Shown here: positions 12,639 to 23,540 of the stretch, piece by piece
Numbering within the stretch: position 1 is the stretch's first letter
Layout: the number at the start of each line of letters is the position of its first letter
Source: Camelus ferus
Taxonomy: Eukaryota
DNA: 64,000 bases
Reading direction: 5' to 3'
NCBI RefSeq assembly: GCF_009834535.1
Contig: NC_045706.1
Location: 10,106,001-10,170,000 of the forward strand
The notes under the pieces: model-generated
Database searches by the model: none
What the model was told of the DNA's origin: nothing
The model's input: the letters and a program-made list of their open reading frames with translations, nothing else
Translations under genes and position numbers: made by a program

Positions 12639-12810
12639 CATCAAACAAATCAAAGCTAATGGCTGTGGTTAAATTAACATCCACACACATGAATATACTT
12701 AAAATGAACACCACTTCCCTGGTTTGGAAACAGCATGACCCACAGAATAAAGCTCTCACAGCCTACCTGGCTACCACGAGGCAGGGACAGATCACAGCTG
12801 GAACCCTGGG
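12639..12810. repeat. Copy 2 of the diverged local duplicate
   Basis: About 75% similar by eye to 10565-10715, same orientation, 2074 bp offset. Confidence 0.85.
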
Positions 12811-12944
12811 TCACCAAATGGCCAGCCTCCGTGGTGTCCCCAGTCCCTATGTTCTCAGCAGAATGAGGACAACTATAGCTGTCCTGCGGAGCTCCCCCTT
12901 GGTGTGGAGAAGGGGCCGTGTTCGAGTGTTCAGTGCTGTGCACT

Positions 12945-13401
12945 CACATTTAAAGAGACAGAAGAAAGATTGCTTTTGTACTGAGTCAAATTCTCCAATA
13001 AAACATTTTTTTAAATTTTTGAGAAAAATGAGGTGTAACCTTGCTTTTGAAGGTGGGAGTCAAAGACATCTGGAGATTAGGAACGAGGTGCTGTTCTCTG
13101 GTCGAGAGACAGACGCCCGGGTCTTGGTGGTGGGTGTGATTTTGGGCAAACGCTCCTATTCCTCCTTCTTCATCTGTGGGATGGAGATAACCATCGTGCC
13201 TCTCTCTTGAACTGTGCTAGGGATTAAATGTAACAACTAACACATGCAAACTCAATGCCCGTTACACTAACCACTCAATAAATGGTAGTGATACTGATTA
13301 ATATTACTTTTCCACATTTAAAAAGAGACAGAAGAAAGATTGCTTTTGAACTGAGTCTAATTATCCAATAAAACTTTTTTTTTAATTTTTGAGAAAAATG
13401 A
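12945..13401. repeat. ~87-bp direct repeat pair (12945-13031 and 13313-13401)
   Basis: aagagacagaagaaagattgcttttg.actgagtc.aatt.tccaataaaac...tttttgagaaaaatga present twice, about 90% identical. Confidence 0.95.
13140..13305. mobile_element. MIR fragment between the direct repeats
   Basis: ttcttcatctgtgggatggagataac...gggattaaatg...cactcaataaatggtag. Confidence 0.75.
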
Positions 13402-14216
13402 AGGGTAAAATTCCCTATAGCTTCCACAATCTTGCTAAAAAGGAATTATGTTAATTAAGCATACAGAACAAATGTAACAGTTAGATTTCAAATGCTGACT
13501 TCAACTCTTTCCAAAGCCAAGAGTACATTTGAAGTATCTTTCTACATATATCATTTAAATATCATTTGTTATAGAAAACAAATGGGTAATTTTTTTTAAA
13601 TCAAAGCTTTGTTCTTGGCATAATTTCTCTTAGCATTTTTCCTTAGCAACTGAAATGGCTTATTAAAATGAAATAGAGAAAGAAATCATTATGTGACCAA
13701 AGCAAGTAGCAAATTTTAAGAGATATTAGTGACAAACTGGAACATACTCAGTGGAGAGATCAAGAACCCATGGTATGGGAAGTGGTTTCTAAGTTCAAGC
13801 GTCTAGTTTGGTTTTAGGGCACCATAATCATCTCCCATTACTGACAAGCTGTCCCTTGGAAGAGGAAGAGTTTTGCCTTTTCCCAAGAAGTAGAAATTAG
13901 ACTAATTTTTTAAGTTTTAAGGAGACAGATTGAACTTAATTATTAAAAAAAAAAAAAAAGGAAAAAAAGAAGAAAGCCAAAAGAAAAAAGTACCCTGCCC
14001 AACTTTCTAACAATTACAGACAAATTGCTGGCTGCTGAGGAAGACAATAAAATGCCCTTAAAGATGCCAGTTCGCCAAGGCCAAGGATGCTACCCCAGCC
14101 TCCTCACTGGGGCCGCCTCCTCATCTACCCCACCTGCCCTTCCGTTCCCAACACGCAGCCAGACAGCTCTTTCAAAATGGAAATCAAACAATATATGTAC
14201 TTAAAACATTTTGATC

Positions 14217-14380
14217 CAGTGGTTCATAAGATTGTCTTCACATTAGAATCATGTGACCACCTATAAAAATTCTGATTGTCAGGCAGTATGTCAGACCAAT
14301 TAAAATCAGAATCTCTGGGGAGAAGGGCCCAGGACTCAGCATTTTTAAAGCTAGCCAGGTGACACCAGTGTGTACCAAGG
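14217..14380. mobile_element. MER5A-like hAT MITE
   Basis: cagtggttc...cattagaatca...aatcagaatctctgggg...gcatttttaaagct..ccaggtga. Confidence 0.7.
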
Positions 14381-14429
14381 GAGCCCCAATGCTCTCATCC
14401 AAATGCCCAAGTTCTCACACAAGACCCAC

Positions 14430-14990
14430 ATGGAAGAGCCGCCATCTGCCTTCCAGCCACCTCTCCCATCCCACTCCCTGTCTTCTCTCTCTACTGACTT
14501 CTCAGCTCCACTAGCCTTCTTTCTGTTTCTCAGTTACCATCACCCCTCCCATCACAGGACACTGGCCCATGCAGTTCTGTTGTGGGGAGCATCCTTCCCT
14601 CCCCATTAGACCAGGCCCCCTTTCAGCCACCGCCCTCTCTTCAGAGCTGATCCAAGGGAGGCCTTTCTGTGTCCTCCCACTCCAGACTGGACTACTTTCT
14701 TCCCCACCTGTTACATGACCTCAAAATTCAGAAAGACTTGACATCAGAGGACAAGTCATGGTTCTTAACATAAACCTTAGGCGTGTAAGTATTTGCTCAA
14801 TGATCAAATCTCATACTAAAATCTGAACACCCAGGAGGGGTGGGTGTTCACACTGTGTTGTTCATGTTTTGGTGACTGTCTACTCACTGGACTGTAAGAT
14901 CCTTGAGGCCAGGGATCACCTCTGTCCATCTTGCTATCCACAGACCTTTATGCAATGATACACTCTAGGCAATTGACAAGTATGTGTTGA
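14430..14990 (+). mobile_element. L2 fragments
   Basis: cactggcccatgcagttctgttgtggggagcatcctt; ggactgtaagatccttgaggccagggatc. Confidence 0.6.
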
Positions 14991-16084
14991 TATGATTATT
15001 GCCCCTGATCTCAGGAACCAGCAAACAGTGGTGCAGATAGTTCTGGACTTTTTTTCTCCCTGATTTCTTTTATGATCCTTTCTGGAATGGGCATCCCAGG
15101 ATCTGTAGGTGCTGTGAAGAAGTCACCGGCACCAATGGGAGGGTAGGAGCCCAGCAGCACAGACGTGCTCTGGCTCAGGCTTGGGCTGGGGGCAGGAGAG
15201 CTGGGACTCAGAGGAGTTCTGGACTCTGGATGGATCAATGCAAATCTCTCTCCATCTTGGAGAAATAGCACAAAGCCTGTGCCTACCTAGGGTGTGGTCA
15301 ACAGAGCATATCCAACCCTCGCTAGTGAATCATTCCAGAGAGCCAAGGCAAACCCAAGGGGACTAATTATATTTTTTCCCTGACATCACTTTTAAAATAT
15401 CTCCCTTTGCAAATAAATAATCAAATGGAATGAAGCTGTTTCATTTTAGACCAAGGGCTTCTAATAGGTACTTAGAGAAAAACAGCAGTTTTCAGAATTT
15501 TCACTTCCATACGGCTCAGATGAAGATTGCATAAAACCTGCCCCAGCATTTACCAGTAAGAAAGAAATGGCTTTCTTGGCCAGGACCTAAGCCTGTGGGG
15601 CCTAAGCTTCGGCTGTGCTCAGAGGTGGTCTTGTTCTAAGGACCCAAAGGAACCCAGATTCATGGTTATGTAGTGGTGCTGTTATTGTTCAGTTTTCTAA
15701 AGGGAAAATTTTCACGTGTTAGATGTGCCTACAGATTTCAGCAATGCTACCATTAAGATGTACTGAGGTACAGCAATGGAACCAGCTTAGAGTTGAACAG
15801 ATGCCTGCTTTAAAACAATAATTGTCCTCTCCAAGTATTACATTATCATGGCAGAGAGGACCTGCCAGAGTGCCCTAATTTGAAAAACAGCCCAAACATG
15901 TATTTGCATTTCCTCTGGTACGTGTTATCCTGGGAAGGCAGGCCAGGGGGCCTCTGTGCACAGATAAATTCAATCTAACGTCATGGCCCCGCTAAGCACT
16001 TTCTGGATCCTTCAGCCTTTTCATCCCAGCATAGGCGTGGGTCTTCGATGTGGTGGGGAAGATGGCGCTGATTGGAACAGCTCA

Positions 16085-16295
16085 ACAGTTTTCAGACTAG
16101 AGCTCCCCTCAGAATCTTCAGAAAGACTTGTAAAATCAAGATCATTAGGACCACCACCGGGGTCTCTGATTTCTTGGGTAAAGAAAGACCTGAGAATTTG
16201 CATTTCTAGTGAGTTCCCAAGTGAGAGAAATTTATTTCTTACAGTCTTCCCAGGTGATCCTGCAGCTGCTGGTCCACTACTTGGAGAATCACTGT
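16085..16295. mobile_element. MER5A-like hAT MITE
   Basis: cctgagaatttgcatttctagtgagttcccaagtga; ctgctggtccactacttggagaatcactg. Confidence 0.65.
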
Positions 16296-16479
16296 GCACC
16301 TGGTACTGTTCAACCCTGACCACGTATTAGAAAACCCCGGGGAGTCTTTAAGCCCTGCTAAGCCTGAGGTCCTCTCGCTGTTTGATTTAACTGGGGCTAA
16401 AGGAGACAAAGTAACCTGCCCTGACACATTACCTAAAGCAGCCTTTCTGAAATAGATGCTAGCACCATCTTTAAAATAT

Positions 16480-18750
16480 AAAAACAGATCCAGAGAAGCA
16501 CACAAAACAAATGTGTAGCTCGGTGAACTACTAAATGGTGAGTATCCCTGGGACCATCAGACAGGTCAAGAAAGTGAACTTGGCCAGCCACCCAGAGGCC
16601 CTTCCCCATCACAGCCTCCTCCATCCTGACTTCGAGAGTAATCACCTCCTTGGTTTCTTTTTAGTTTTTTCACACTTACGTATCCCTAGAAACTAGTTTC
16701 AACTTTGCCAATTATTTGATACATCTTCTCAGTCTCTTATAATCTTCAGAGTTACCGCCATTCCTTTCTTTTCCTTACATTATATATTCAAAAACCCAAG
16801 CCACTTAACCTGTAGTTTCCACCAGTCTGGATTTGTTTGGTTGTATTCTTATCTTGCAGTTCAGTTACGTCCCTCTTTCCTATACGTTTCTTGAAATTGC
16901 AGCTGGATCCAAAGTCTTGATTGGACTCCAGTTTAATCGCATTGGCAAGACTATAGACACGCTGTGTTCCTTCATTAGGAGGCCACGTCTAGCTGTCTCT
17001 CTTTTTGTGTGATGTTAGCAGCTATTAACCCATAATGCCCAGGTCTGTTAATTCAGTGGGGATTTCAAAATGGTGGCATTCTAGCTCCATCATTTCTTTT
17101 TTTTTGCTTTTCATTGGAATGCTTTTTTACAACAGAGATGCTCTCCCTCATCAACTATTTGGTTACCCAGTAGAACAGTTCTTCTAGGAAAAAAAGAGTA
17201 AATGCATCCTTCTTTCCCTTTATTGACCAGTTCATAAGATAATGAAAACCCATGAAGTTAATCAGTTAGTTTTTTTTTTTTTTAACTATTATTAGCTCAT
17301 GGACTTAAAACATATTTGATGGGTTTTAATTCATTGCAATTGTTATCCTTATTGGAGCAAAAATTGTGCCATCTGTGGCAACTGGGAGCCTATTCAGGCT
17401 GGCTGATGACCTCGGTGGTCTTTGATAACTTTCTTGCGACCTGGTATGACAATATATTCCAGGCTTATTGGCTTTTTTATTTCCTGCCCCAGACCTGGGA
17501 TCAATCATGATTTCTTTTAACAGGAAATGAAATCTCAAGACCACTTGTGGGTAAGTCATTGCTTCTAAGGCTTTTAAGTGTAAAGAACCTCGAACGCTCC
17601 TAGGTTCCTGTTTATATGTGTGTGTTAAAGATAAAATACTTCATGAGATGATACAGATGTATCTAATTTATATGTAGCATGCTTTCACATATCAAATCTG
17701 TATCTCCTTTGCTCCATCCTAAGAATCCTGATGGAATCCTCAGAACCAGATGATTATTTATTTGTTTCATTTCACAACATACACCCAACAACTTCCGAAT
17801 GCCAATACCAGTACAACTACCGATATAATTACGGAAATTAATGAAGTAATTTTCTAACTATGCGCTTCTCATCCCCTCCCTTTTTTCTCCGTCACAGCAG
17901 AGAAATACCTGTAAATACTCTACTCTCTCCTTTTCAACCTCCTTTAGCATTAATGCTGCACATGACTGTACACTCAGTGCTCACCACCAGTCTTTATGTG
18001 AATGTCTCTCCAGTTCCTTTGGTGACGGGAAGCTCATTCTCTGGTTTACTTTTCAGGAAGGAAAATGTGAACAATATTCACCAAGTTCTTGCACATTGAT
18101 AATACATTGCTCCCTTTCTACTTTTTATTCCTAAATTTTATTCCTAAATCTTTCCTGAGTTTGGTGTTTTCCTTTTGAGGTTTTTCCAATTCTAATGTAT
18201 GTAATTCTTTCATGTCATGTATCACTTTCCAAATGTCATTTTGTTCATTTTGAAAGAGTGGATTATAGTTTTCTGGGCTTGACTTTCTGGCAGGTGTTCA
18301 TTGCCTTTTGAGGATATTATTATTCTCAGTTTTTCTTCTATTACCTCTGAATGGGCTTGACCTTGAATTGTACTTGTTGCTCACTTTTGTACGAATTTAT
18401 TTTCTCCTAAGCCTTTAGTAGGAGGCAAGGTTCAGAATAGCTTTCTGCATTTCTCAGAATTCCCTCTTCTGTTGTCGTCATTTCTGGAATGTGCAAAAAT
18501 CCGACGGCTTACTCTGAATTTTCCTGGTGTCCTCCTCTTCTACTTCTATCTGGACTTTCTCCTTCCTTTTTTCTCTGCTGTCCACATGCTGCTCAATTTT
18601 GATTTCACTCTCAGATGTCTCTCCTCCATGTAAGTTTCTGTCCTGGAAAGGAACCCTGGTATTAAGTCAGTTTCAAGTTCAGTTCCAGCTGCCTCATCCC
18701 CTTTCAGAACTTGCCAAGGGACTTCCATGTACTCACTCCCAGTTTTATCC
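16480..18750 (-). mobile_element. Long ancient L1 (L1ME/MC-like) remnant
   Basis: Antisense L1M motifs (ggcaactgggagcctattcaggctggct; gtctcaagaccacttgtggg-like; tttgagg ttttttcc); many stops. Confidence 0.6.
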
Positions 18751-20744
18751 ACTGTTCACAAGTTAATAGGATTTCATTTTCCAGTGAATACCCGCCGGGT
18801 ATTTGGGGTTCTTCTCATTCAAGACCTTCAGATGCCCCATTGCCTCCTCCCCCTTTCTTCCATCCTCCTAGAAAATTCTCTTAGACAGAATTCCTTTGAA
18901 CATAGGAATGCTTTTCTTTCCTCTGCTGTTGTACTCAAGAAAATTCATCATGAAAGTGTGAATTCTGTCATCTATTCCACCCTTGGAAAATATCTCAAAA
19001 TAAGATTAAGGACGTGGTGACACTCTAGGATGGCAGCAACATTGTGGGATAGTCGTTGAATCTACCTGAGCCCCCTGCCCCCTAAAAAAACAGGTGGAAT
19101 AAACTAGACACTAAAACAAAAACTCACAGACAATATTTACAAAAACCCTGGGTGATAAAGTATCCCACACACCCCATAATACAAGCAGATGAGGACAAAC
19201 CTGAATTAGTCAATACATGCCCATTATTTTCCCAGGAGAAACTTGCTTGTGTTTGACATTTTAGAAGAAATTAAACATTTTAAGAAGCTTCCTTTCAGCT
19301 GCGGCCAGAGAAAATTACATTCCACACCCAAATATACACAGCTGGGTATCAAGGGGAAAAAGTAAGAGCTTTAATGGAGTTATTAAAGCTGCAGCATAAG
19401 AAATAAAATTCTCAATAGAAATTCTTTTAAGCTCATGAAATTTGAGGGAAACAAAGAATTGAAGGCCCTGTTTATTATTTGATTTCATAAAAATGCCTGG
19501 CGTGAAAGCAATTACCCATCCTAAATGCTTTGGCAGAGAAAATATACACTCACTCATCCCAGATTTAGGGGGAGGAAGACAGACAGTAGCTAGTAATGTC
19601 ATAAATCTTAGAGGGATCTGAACAAGCAACTTCTGAACATTTTAAGAGTCTAACGAGAGCTAAACTTCAGCCCAGAAGAAGCAAATCAGGGAGCAGTTTC
19701 ATCTTTTGCAAATCTCGGTTTCCATCTGGAGTCTCTCTTGCAGGGGGGCAGTAAACATCATCCTTTTTAAGAGCAGACAAGATCTTAATTGCCTGTTTGA
19801 TCCTGGCATAGCTCTTCCCCAGGAGCAAAATTTAATGTAGCCTGTTTGGATATCGATAGCTCACTCATGAATATTCCCTGTGATGTAAAATGAGGGGAAA
19901 TCTGAACACTTTCAAAATGCTGCAGTCTGTCTTTGGAGAGAGGGAGCAAGTCGTATTTTATCAAATACAAGCTGTGTCCCCAGAATGACACTGAAACATT
20001 TAGATGATAGCAACTAATTATATAAAGCCATTTACAACATAAATCAAAATAGTAAAGGAATCTTTGGCATTTGATTTTTTGGTTGTTGTTGAAAATGACA
20101 GCATAGTGAGGACAATATAATCTAATTATCTGAGTTGGCTGCACCAGAGAATTGTTTGAGATGGAATCCACTTCGAATCCACATTTCCTGCCACAGATTA
20201 TTGTCAGGGTGGTAGAGAGCAGTTTCTGGGGTGTTCTTTCATTTTTCTTTCCTTAGGACCTTGGACAAGGATTCTCACGTGATTTACAAAATCTCTCTAG
20301 AAGAAGAATGATGGTCAAAAGACAATGCTTAAAGCAGAGGAGGAAGAACTAGCTAGAGAAGTCAGTTAAAGCCACATGTGATAAATTTGCAAATGTTTGT
20401 CACAACCAGATGGAGAAAGACAGGTGGCTTATCAGGATGGGACAGAACTAAGGATGGTACATGGCAAACAGAATATTTTTCTGCTCTCAAGGAGCTCACC
20501 CTTGAGCAAGACATGGAAAACCAGCAAAAGGCACTCTGTGCTATCAGGTAACGGAGGAGAGATTCTAACCACAGATTTCAGAATCACCTGTATTTCTTAA
20601 AATACACAGACGTTCAGACCCCATCTCAGATCAACTAGACGCAAATCTTTAGTACAAGTCACTGATGGACTCAGTGAAAAAAACAAGGTAAATAAATCTA
20701 ATACCAATTTAAGAAGTATTATTACTGGACATTTGACCTCATAA

Positions 20745-20920
20745 TTTTAAAATTGGGATAAAATGCATATAACCTGAAATTTACCACTTTAACTATTTTT
20801 AAGTGTATGTACAATTTGTGGCATTAAGTTCTTTCACATTGTTGTCCAGTCATCACCCACCATCCATTCACAGAAGTCTTTCATCTTGCAAAACTGAGCC
20901 TTTGTACCCATTTAACAATA
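20745..20920 (-). mobile_element. L1MB-like 3' end
   Basis: aaatttaccactttaactatttttaagtgta...ggcattaag..ctttcacattgttg..cagtcatcacc. Confidence 0.8.
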
Positions 20921-21207
20921 GACTGGGTGGCTTAGCAAAACAGAAATTTATCTCTCAAAGTTCTGGAGGCTGGAAGTCTGGGCTCATGGTGCCAGGATGG
21001 TCAGGATCTGGGGAGGACCCTATTCCAGGCTCCAGATGGCTGACTGCTCACTGTATCCTCACATGGTGAGAAAAGAGCTGGCTAGCAGGCTGGCCTCTTC
21101 TTACAAGGGTGCTGGTCCCAAGTCCTCACCTCCGAATACCATCACATTGGGACTAGGATTTCAAAATACAAATTTGAGGCGCAGACACAAACACTCAGTC
21201 CATAGCA
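20921..21207 (-). mobile_element. MLT1 solo LTR
   Basis: gactgggtggctta..aacagaaattta...gttctggaggctggaagtc...cactcagtccatagca. Confidence 0.85.
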
Positions 21208-21919
21208 TCATATAAGTTGGATCTCATAATTTTTAAGTGTCACATTTATTGTAACTAAGGTTTTTAAAGATTCCTTTAAAGAACACGACAGTTACATGTC
21301 TCCCATGAGGAGATCACAAACATAGAGCTACCAGATGAATAAAGGGCACAGTCATCCTGGTATTCATTAAATCACTGAGTTCTTGGGGCTAAGGAATAGA
21401 TTTCTAGGGGGAGTGTGGAATCCAGGTTCAAAAGTGCTTCATACCAAGGAACTTAAAGATATGCAAAGATGATGAGCTCTGGAAAACTCTAACCAGTGGC
21501 TCAACTAATTACAAAAACAACCTTTTTCAAAGAATGAATACGAGAAATTTGAATACAATTTTTTAAAACCAACGATTTTCATCTTTCTGTTCCAAAACCA
21601 AAACCTGAATGGAGTGAGTAAAACATTCGTAATTTTTCTTTTTATACTAGACCAAGTCAGAAGGTCTGGCTTCACTCTTGCCTTTGATAATCGGAAATTA
21701 GGGTTTCAATATTCCTTAAAAGACTTAAAAACAGGATGTAGGACTTTTATGCATATTGGAAAATAAAATCAAACAAACCACAACGAATATGATGCAGCAG
21801 AGAGGACCAAGGTGACAGCAAGGATACCAAACAGAACCTCTCCCCATCATCCAAGAACATCCCCCAAAGGATAGAACAAAAGACGGAAGAAGTAAGACCA
21901 GATATACAGAAATCACCTA

Positions 21920-22135
21920 ATTGTAAATGGTTTAACTTCACTTATCAAAAAATCAAAATGTGGAATCTAAAATAAACAAACCAACCAACCAAGCTCACAG
22001 GTACAGAGAACAGATTGGCGGTTGACAGAGATAGGGCTTGGGGATGAGAGAAATGGGTGAATTATTTTTGTTTTTGTTTTTTTTTAGTTTAAATAAATTG
22101 ATTTATCTTTCAGATAACTAATTAATTTTAAAAAA
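21920..22135 (+). mobile_element. L1 fragment with 3' end and A tail
   Basis: atgtggaatctaaaataaac...aagctcacaggtacagagaacagattggcggttg. Confidence 0.75.
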
Positions 22136-22190
22136 AATTGGATACTAGACTCAAACAGAGCTGGGCCATAAGTAAAAAAAAAAAAAGGAG

Positions 22191-22209
22191 ACACACACAC
22201 ACACACACA
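22191..22209. repeat. (AC)n microsatellite
   Basis: Direct reading. Confidence 0.9.
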
Positions 22210-22678
22210 GTTCCTCCCTCAATTTATCTTCCCTCTGCATTTTAAAATTTGACTTCCTGCTGTGTGAGCCACATTCCAGAAAACTTCCACAGAAGGAAAT
22301 GAGGGTCCAGGAGCTTCAGTTAGAGCTTTTCAGCCAAAGCTGTGTGACCTACATTTGCAAGAAGAGGACTCCAAGCTCTTTTGGACTGAGGGGTATTTCC
22401 TCCACCCTCTGAGCTGTATGCAGCTTTTTCTATTCAAGAGTTGGTGATTAAAACCAATTTTTTTTTCTTCCTGCTGAAACTACACAAGGAGAAATAACAG
22501 TGGAAAAAGGACACCCTCTTAAAACCTGGTCCTGGAGTTGGAACATTATACAAACTCATTGTATTGGTGAGAATCGTCTCCTGAGCTCAGGTGCACAGAA
22601 GGAAGGCTGGACAAGGCAGCCCAGGGCTGGGCATTGACCTCTCAGCAGTAACTTCACCCTGGGTGTGTTGGGCAGAGT

Positions 22679-23540
22679 GGGGAGGAGGGCCGGTGGGAGG
22701 GGGGCTTTTTTAATGGACAGCTAGGTGTCCCTGCCACAGTACTTAGCTGCTTCGCCCCGGGGCCGGGCACACAGTCGGAGCTCAGCCCCCGAGCAAAAAG
22801 CCTCCTCATGAGCAGGCATGATCCTTGTAAACACATTATTTATTTAAAGTGAGGTTTCAAACTGCCACCCAGTAGGAATTGCATATTCAAATATAAAGAG
22901 TTTGATTACAAGTGCTTCTTGAAAGATTTAAATATTTAAGCATTTGCATTGGTTGTAAAGATTTATATTTTGTGAAGAGGAAAAGTAACTGGTTTCTTCT
23001 GTAAGCCTGGGCTCCTCTGCAGCCCCTAAGAGAAAGAAATCCCCCCTAAAAAGGAGCCACATTGCGGTGACAGATGGCCAGTCACCACGAGCAGGCTCTT
23101 AAAGGGTGACTTCCGGTGTCTGTCCCCAGAGAGAGAAGTTCTCTGCTGCCCCCAAGCCAGCAGGGAGCTGTCAGTTTCTCACATCTCCAATACCTTCCCC
23201 GGCTGAGTCTCACCACCCAAGAAGCACCCTCTGTTCCCTTCCTTCCCCTGCCACGGGCCTTCCGTGGCTAGTTTAGAGACCAGGGCGACCTGTGTGCACC
23301 CTCATCATAGGCATTCGTCTTCTGGAATCACATCTTTTTATGGGGAGTCACTTCAGGGAAAGATAAACCATCGGCTGAGGGCAGGTGGACAGACCCTGAA
23401 ACCTCTGGCTATAGATGGTCCCGGAGCCCAGCCCAGACCCTCTCTCTGCCTCGGTGTCTCCAGATCAGCAGCCCAGAAGGGCCTTCTCTGGGGTATGGTA
23501 GGGGAGGTTTCGAATCATTGAGTTGGGGGGGGTTTGTGGT
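22679..23540. promoter_or_regulatory. Candidate enhancer or promoter-like element
   Basis: G4 motif 22679-22704; RUNX TGCGGT 23063; E-box CAGATG 23071; ETS ACTTCCGGT 23109; GATA AGATAA 23361; RUNX TGTGGT 23535; locally raised CpG; not repeat-like. Confidence 0.35.

Noticed and set aside
12617-13210. 197-aa plus-strand ORF
   Set aside because: Runs through the duplicated element, an A/T-run repeat and a MIR; composition not coding-like
15011-15271. Protein-like ORF (…PGMPIPERIIKEIREKKSPEL…)
   Set aside because: No donor, no nearby AATAAA, no recognised homology; retained only as a tblastn query
19785-20171. 128-aa ORF in AT-rich DNA
   Set aside because: About one ORF this long is expected by chance in six frames of 64 kb; no clear splice boundaries
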